Of a stretch of DNA of 63,769 nucleotides, positions 57,001-63,769 are shown piece by piece. Each line of letters starts with the position of its first letter. Position 1 is the stretch's first letter. A model generated the notes under the pieces. That model was not told the origin of the DNA. It did not search any database and saw only the letters and a list, made by a program, of their open reading frames with translations. A program made the position numbers and the translations under genes. This stretch comes from Vicugna vicugna (taxonomy: Eukaryota): NCBI GenBank assembly GCA_013265495.1, contig MU062841.1, positions 16,512,568 through 16,576,336 of the forward strand, in the 5' to 3' direction.

Positions 57001-58308
57001 GCCTTAAAGGATACGAAAAATTTCCCCTGTGTCAACAGGCAGTGAGAGGAGGAAGGAACTGCTACACTGCCCCCGGCCGGTTCCCACCCCTGGGCCTCTG
57101 CTCAGGGTCCTGTCACCCTTTCTCTCTTGCTCACATTTCTCCTCCTCCGACAACCAGCTATGCCACCTCCTCCGTGAAGCCTCCCCAGCCAGAGCGAGTG
57201 GTCCCCGCACCCTTGCTCCTGTAGCAGATCATCTGTGGGACGATTTCACTGTTCCACGATTCTGGCCTGCCCTGTGCCCAAGGGCAGGGGTACCATCGCC
57301 ACCCAGCCAGACCACGAGGAACACGTCTGTATTTGAACAAAAGTGGGCGTATTACCCGCTGTGACAAGGCTGCACTCACGTCCAGGGGAGCGGCGGGGCC
57401 CTCGGTGAGACGGTCCCAGCAGCGAGCTGTAGGACTGGGCTGGTGAGCAGCGATCTGGGGGATTCAAGGAAGCAGAGCCTGTTCCGGGCTTGGCTGCCGT
57501 CAGGAAGTGGTGGGGGGTGGGGGTCCACGCAGAGTGTCTTCGCGAGTCTTATCTAGGAGGGAAGACGAGGGCAAAGCGAGGGCTGCAGTTGCTCAGAAAG
57601 CCGTCATCCCTGACGCTAGCCAGAGCAGGGGGGTGTTCGGTGATTTCTGCGGTTTGGACCGTGCTCTTGTTTTTGTCTGCGTTCAGACACGCTTACGGAG
57701 CGGTCTTGTTTTTGTCTTGCTTGCGGCCTTGTCTGCTGTTTATATTCTGGGAAATGGTCTGTGTTCAACAGGAGAGCACGGCAGCCCGGCTGGGGTGCCA
57801 GGCCAGCTCCGGCCGTCAGGGGCCGCCGGCCTCCCCCAGGGAGGGACTGACTCGGGCCCCTTCCGGCCCCTCAGCGCCGAGCCCAGGAGCCGGCCCAGAG
57901 CAGACACTCCGCAGTGGGGTCCTGCATCTTACAGAGATTAGGTATCCAGGACAGGTCTGAGGAACTAGCGTGGCTGAAACCAAGGACATGGAGGGAGGCG
58001 CAGCTGGAGGTCAGGAGCAGGCTTCCCACGCCAGCTAATCAAACGAGATAGCCGAGGAGGGTATAAAGTGCAGGCGGACGGCACAGGATTAATCTTATCT
58101 CCTCCTCCTTCCTCCCTGGATGCTGGCCTGGAGGCTCACAAGCTGTTCGGCAGTCTCGCCAGCCTCCAGAGACGGGAAGGGGGAGAAAGGCCTGCTCAGC
58201 AGAAGCAGGAGAACCCCATCCCGACGGGCGGGCTGGCCGGGAAGGCCGCTCCTCCCGAGGACGCCCCTGCCCTTCCCCGCACAGCAGGGACCGACTCTCA
58301 GAGCTTGG

Positions 58309-58495
58309 NNNNNNNNNNNNNNNNNNNNNNNNNNNNNNNNNNNNNNNNNNNNNNNNNNNNNNNNNNNNNNNNNNNNNNNNNNNNNNNNNNNNNNNNNNNN
58401 NNNNNNNNNNNNNNNNNNNNNNNNNNNNNNNNNNNNNNNNNNNNNNNNNNNNNNNNNNNNNNNNNNNNNNNNNNNNNNNNNNNNNNNNNNNNNNN
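58309..58495. other. Assembly gap (187 N)
   Basis: Run of N. Confidence 0.95.
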
Positions 58496-58744
58496 CCCCG
58501 TGCCTCCCCCAGAGCTCTGCTGTGTGTGGTGGGGGACGGGGTGCCGTGGGGAGGCTGCAGCTCCCGGTGAGCTCAGGGTGACATGGCTGTTTCCCATGAA
58601 TCTGGGTCCTGCATTGCTGCAGGAGAGAAGTCCAGACAGGGCAGGGAGAATGGGGAATGGACCACCTCTGTCCCTGGAAGAGAAGATTCCAGCAACCGGC
58701 CAGGCTGTGGCCCGCTCTGCAGGACATCGGAAGCCGTGCCTCCT

Positions 58745-58960
58745 GCCCAGCATAGAGAAAGCAAAGGTTTTGGAGTCCAGTGGACCTGGAGGTAGGTCTC
58801 GGGTCTTCCTCCTCATGCTGTGTGTAACCTCTCTGAGCCTAAGTTTTCTTACCTGTGCATGGAGACAAGAGATCCTCTTTCATGGAGTAATAAGACGTTT
58901 CGTACTATTTTATGAACTCAAACAAAATATTATGCACATTAGGCTTATTAATTCATTGAA
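58745..58960 (+). mobile_element. MIR
   Basis: TGTGTGTAACCTCTCTGAGCCTAAGTTTTCTTACCTGTG. Confidence 0.65.
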
Positions 58961-60769
58961 GATAAGTCCTAATAACCTCTTCCTTGTTCTAGTTTAAAAG
59001 TTGAGAAAGACCATTAAGTTCCCCAAACTCAGGGCATCTTCAGTAAGACTCAGAAAGGGGCAGGGGACCGCAGGGAAAGCTTGTGGTCTCCAGTGAGAGA
59101 CCTCTGGGCTCCAATGCCCCTGAGCAACCAACTGGCCAGGAGATCTGGGTGATGTATTTAACTGCCCTGCTCCCCGTCACCTCGTCTGTGAGCTGCAGGT
59201 GAACGCCCCCCTCCCTGGCATGGTTGAGAGGATGGGATGAGCGACACGCAGCGTCCCTGGCGAGCAGCAGGTGCTGCACACACCTTTGCCCACTTCTTCC
59301 TTGCCTGGACCCCAGCGTCGGTGGTCACTACGTTTCGGGTACGTGCCGAGTGCTTGTGCGATGCTCTGTGCGAGGTGCTATTAGTAGACTGAGCCGTGGG
59401 GAATGTGTTGGTTTTGTGGGTCAAACACGGTTGAAGATCAGCCTTTTCCCAAGTCCAGGCTCACATCTTCCATTCTCCGGAGGCAGCTGGGCTCAGGGGT
59501 GTCAGACACTCAGACCAGGCACGGTGGCCAACGGTGGCACTGAGGGCGACTCCTGGCCGCTGACACCGCAGCCCACCAGCCTGGCCAGGCTTGGTGGGAA
59601 AGCACAGAGGGTCCTGGGAAGCCCCAAGGCTCTGGGAGTAAAAGACAACACCCACCACCCTGCTTTCACAGGACCGTCCCCAGTTCAAGCCTGGTGGCGC
59701 CAGAAGCACGTGGTCAGGACCAGTCAGAGGTCTGGAAAGACCCAGCGTAAGGGGCAAACGCAGCTCTGAGTGTGGGCAGGGCCCGGGGGCACTTGGGGCT
59801 TCGCACAGCAGCTCCTGGGGGTTGCTGGCTCCCTGGGGACCCGGGACTCAGACTTCCCACTCTGATGCCTAGCCAGCCGCTCGGAGGCCGCATGCCCCCC
59901 TGGAAGGCCCTGGACGGCCATAAGCCGAGAGCCACAGCCCAGCACCCGTGCAGCTGCAGCGGGCCCTGCGAAGCGGGTACCGAGTCGGCTGCTGGCGCGG
60001 AGAGAGGGCGCACGGGCCGCCTGGTGCCGCCACGGAGACCCTGTTTGTCACAGACAAGCTGCTGTGAGGGTGGGGGTGGGAGGGACACGGAGATGAAATG
60101 GTTGTTTCCAGCTTTCAGACAACACTGGTGGCAGACACTTGATAGCTCTTCTGGAGCACAGAGAACCGAGCCAAAGAAACGGAAAAGAAATTAACAGCAA
60201 GAGAAGCAAAGCAATGTCCAGCAGGGGAGTGTCCTCGCAGTGCCTGACGTGAGTCAAGGGGAGCAGCATTTCCACAGCCGTGATGATGTAGGCACAGACC
60301 CAGAGTGTGACGTGACATCGCAAAGGAGAGAAGAAGACACGAGGGCCGGAGGACAGTCAGGTCCTCAACAGCAAGAAGGAGAAGTCAAGAGATCATGGAA
60401 AAGACAAAAGGCAGCAGCTCCCATCACGCAGAAGAACGCGGAGCCCCTCCTCGGGGGCTGGGGGGGAGGGGCGGGCCCGCGGGGGAGGGGCGCAGCCGCT
60501 TTGCACATGAAGCTGTTTAGCTGTTTGGCTTCTGAGAAGCATATGCATGTGTTACTCTGGAGAAAATAAAAATTACTTTGTCGAACCTGTGTCCCCGCCA
60601 GAGCACAGCCCCTGCCCCGCCCACGCAAGTCCCAGCTGCAAGTGGTGAAGACCCGGGGGAGTTTCAGGCGGTTCCCGAGGGTTTGCTCGCGAACTAGTTC
60701 TCCCACTTTTCACCCCTCACCCAAGACCCCCAGCCCCACGTAGGATGGCTGTTCTTGCCTTTTTCTCTG

Positions 60770-61292
60770 TTCCATCATTTGCCTCCGACTTTCTGTGGAT
60801 TTAAAGATGCCGGGGCTGAGGCTCCCACCGCTGCGTCTACACCGCAGGCGGTGCCCACTGGCCACAGCGGATTGGAGCTAGAGCGATCGCCTGACCCCAG
60901 CAGAGCCAATCCGGCTCTCACTGGGAAATTCACAGTTGAGATTGAAATTCGCAATCCAGACCTCTGGATGTCTCTGGAATGGCGGAAATGCAAATGGAGG
61001 AGCTCTGGGCTGGAATACGTCCAACTCCTTGGGCATGAAGGGCAGACAGTCGGTCTGCAGCGAGAAAGAGAGAGAAAGGCTCAGACGGGCAGGAGGCAGT
61101 CGGCTGGAGCGCAAGCGGTCTCAAGCAGGAAGACAGGCCCTCAGAGAGCCTGGGCCCCGAGCGGTCCTCCCAGGGCCTTGAGGTCCTCACGCTCCTTGGT
61201 TTCCTTCGGAGAAAGCCTCCTCTCCTGATGAAGCTGGCTTGGGCTGGTTCCTGTCGCTTACAACCAAAAGAATCTTAAGTAAAGCCAAGCCA
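60770..61292 (+). mobile_element. Old MLT1-type LTR remnant
   Basis: The 3' end GGTTCCTGTCGCTTACAACCAAAAGAATCTTAAGTAAA resembles the MLT1G/H terminus. The 5' boundary is uncertain. Confidence 0.5.
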
Positions 61293-62069
61293 GCCCGTCT
61301 CCTTAGATTCTTGCCGGGAAGGGCCGGTGGGAAGAAGACACTTGATTCTTCTGAGCCTCCGGCATCTTCTCCTCGCCCTCGCCAGCCCCCAGTTTCCCTG
61401 GGGGGAGGTCCCTGCCACAGCACACAGCCTCAGCTTACAGGGAACACGGGAGGCCTGCTTTTTCCGGGAGGGGGAGCAGGACCCCAGAGATTCCTTCGCT
61501 AGAACTTTCCTCCCACTGCCCTGGTTCAGCCCGGGGATGGACGCCTAACCTAGGAGACCGTGTCCTGGGACTCTGGATCCTAAGCAGAGGCAAGGGAGGA
61601 GTCGTGCTTTCAATGGGCCCGCAATGGCCCGCGAGGGAGACGGGCAGGAGCTCCTGCTCCCAAGGTGCTCCCGGGGGCCCCTGCTTCCTGTCAGGGGGCT
61701 CCTGGCTCTGTTTTCATCCTTCCTTCCGTCCTGTGGCCTCACCGACACTCACCGGTCAAGCCCGCTCTTTTACGTGAGCCCAGCTTGCCTTCTGTTGCAT
61801 GCAGCCCAGGAGCCCCGGCTGGCGCTAGGAGAGGGGACCAAGCAGAGACCGGACAGCTGTGTGTGAGCCCCACCGCTCCAGCGGCCTCCCCTCCTCTTTG
61901 GGGGCAACTGGGGCAGCGGCCTCAGTGTCAATGGTGGCCATGCGAGGAGGCCTTGTTTGATTCAGCAGGCTGGCCCCCAGGCTGAGCTCTGGTGGGGGCC
62001 GGAGTTGGACTCAGCCGACTGTACGCTGTGCGATCATGCTCCCGTTTTGAGCACCATGCTGGTGTGGCC

Positions 62070-62760
62070 TGTGAAGCCGGATTATACAGCGAGAGAGTTG
62101 GCCGGAAGGTTACACAGTGAAAAAGGACAAGCAGTCTTTGTTTTTCTCCTTTTTCTTCTACAAATTCCCTCTCCGGTTCCTAGCCTGTGCTGCCCTCCCA
62201 GTGACCACGCCCCTGTCTCCCTAACCTGCTCTCAGCCGAGCCATGCCATCGCTCAGTGTGTGTCCTTCCGGGGCCACAGGCATGCTGGTGGGGTCCGATA
62301 CAGACCTGTGTCTGCATACGTGCGGATGCCTGCAAACTCACAGGCAGCTCGGTTTTGCCACTAATGGGCAAAAGGGGGATCGTATTACATGCACTTCCCT
62401 GCATCTTGCTTTTCACTCTTAGTGGCCCGACCCCTAGTCTGGTGGGTCTGCTGCTAACTCGTCCTTTCTACTGGCTGTATAATAGCCTGCCGTGTCTGTG
62501 CTGTTATTCATTCCTCCATTCTCCTGGCTGATGGGCATTCACTGTTTCCCCGTGTGTGCAGATGCCGTTCAAATCATGCTGCTAGATTCCCAGGAGTGAG
62601 ACTGCTGGGCTGAAGTGGGCATGCAGTTTTAAAATTTTAATAGATGTCACCAGACTGCTTTCCACAAAGGTTACACCACTCTGCCTTTCCCCCGGAACAG
62701 AAGAGGGTACGTTTTTCTTGTATTTCTCCAAGACTGGCAGGGAGTGTTTCAGAATAGTAA
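62070..62760 (-). mobile_element. Old L1 (L1ME-like) 3' fragments
   Basis: CTAGATTCCCAGGAGTGAGACTGCTGGG, TTTTAATAGATGTCACCAGACTGCTTTCCACAAAGGTTACACCA and similar antisense L1 motifs. Confidence 0.6.
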
Positions 62761-63059
62761 CAGGGGCAGTGTTTGGATAGCAGGACCTCTCCTTTGATTT
62801 CTTCTACTTTATTTTCCAATGTCTTCTCCTTTAAAAAGAGGTTAAGTTGCAATCTTCTCTTTTAACCAGCCCAGGCCCAGCCCCACCCATGCTGATCCTC
62901 AGGCAAGGATCTCATAGCCTGCAGGCCCTGGGGCTCACCATTCAGCCCCTCCCAGCTGTCCTTGGCCCCTCAGGGACCTGTCATCCCATCCCTGCTAGCG
63001 AGGGACCCCAAGGCCTGGGCACGGGTCCAGGTCACCCGCATGGAAAGCGTATGGTGTTC

Positions 63060-63260
63060 TGGGGAGAAACTTCTAGTTTTGGAAGCAGACTAAGCTGGGG
63101 CTGAATCCTAGTTACTAGCTGAGCTTTGGCAAGTCGCTCAATAACTCTGAACCTCATCTTTCTCGTCTGTAAAATGGGGAGAATAAAGCAACTATATCAT
63201 CACAAGGTTGTTTAGAGAAAAGTGCTTAGAAAGACGTCTGGCACCCAGTCCGCGCCAGGA
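63060..63260 (+). mobile_element. MIR
   Basis: TTTGGAAGCAGAC..GAATCCTAG..TTTGGCAAGTC..TCTGTAAAATGGGGA..AAGTGCTTAGAA. Confidence 0.8.
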
Positions 63261-63339
63261 CGATCTGTTCCGTAAACGATGTCCGCCTCATAATCACTGC
63301 GGATGACTTGCACCAGGGGCCTTCCTCACAGGACGGCTG

Positions 63340-63769
63340 AGAATCTAGTCTGCAGCGTGGGCCGTCGGCGCCCTCCCCGCCCTCCCGCGCCCGCGCCAGG
63401 GCGCCGCGGCGGCGGCTGGCCTTCGTTCCCTCTCTGCTCGTCCGGCGCCCGGGCCGGCTACGCGGGCTGCGCTCAGGAAGGCCCTGTCCTGGGCTTGAAG
63501 GTCTTCTGCCTCCAAATTCTTGAGCTCAGGCCTCGCCTTTGATGTGGCGGCTCCTGCCCAGCATGGCGCGTGCATGAAGTGAGTCCTTGGTAAGTGTGTG
63601 TCAAAATGAAGCGAACCAAACAGTGGAGAAGCTGTTGCTCTGCCTTCCAATGCTCCCGGCCTCCTCGGGAAGACCGCCTCCCGGGCGCTGAAAGCCCCGC
63701 GCGGCCCGGCTTGGGGCCGGCGCCCTCGGGCCCAGGGCGTGAGGCCGCACGGACGCCTGCGCCTCCGGG
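63340..63769. promoter_or_regulatory. CpG island running off the window end; candidate promoter or first exon
   Basis: Dense CpG and GC boxes, TCF/LEF site CCTTTGATG at 63536-63544, plus-strand donors GTGAGT (63579) and GTAAGT (63590). Confidence 0.6.

Noticed and set aside
1431-58495. The four exon-sized N runs as masked exons of one gene
   Set aside because: Their flanks lack consistent AG/GT (or AC/CT) splice boundaries on either strand. They are best read as assembly gaps in GC-rich DNA.
60316-60450. SR-protein-like peptide KKEKSRDHGKDKRQQLPSRRRTRSPS as a second retrocopy
   Set aside because: Short, purine-rich, bounded by a stop, and I cannot assign a parent gene. A tblastx search would settle it.
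1-63769. Scattered TAATCC (OTX/CRX) hexamers and possible miRNA hairpins
   Set aside because: The hexamer frequency does not look above chance, and I recognised no known mature miRNA sequence.

Overview
GC-rich mammalian genomic DNA with four short assembly gaps and no intact protein-coding gene that I can support. The repeat content points to a camelid (inference): a Vic-1-like tRNA-Ala SINE, cetartiodactyl-type L1 3' ends, and no Alu, CHR/Bov-tA, PRE-1 or SINEC copies seen. The one recognisable gene-derived sequence is a near full-length processed pseudogene of NUS1 (Nogo-B receptor, cis-prenyltransferase subunit) on the minus strand at about 25.7-28.15 kb. It has a 5'UTR, an intronless disabled CDS, a 3'UTR, poly(A) signals and a decayed poly(A) tail. 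The rest is old interspersed repeats (MIR, L2, L1MC/ME, MER20/58/102/5A, MLT1, LTR16, MER21-like), younger L1 fragments, a solo ERV1-type LTR, several CpG-rich patches and AT-rich motif-dense islands that look like enhancers. The most striking window-wide pattern is patchy A/T-to-G/C substitution with CpG gain inside dead elements (the retrocopy, the SINE, an L1 tail, part of an L1MC). This suggests local GC-biased gene conversion at hypomethylated sites. Repeat family names and parental sequences are from memory, not from database searches, and most repeat boundaries are approximate. I cannot support a new multi-gene system.
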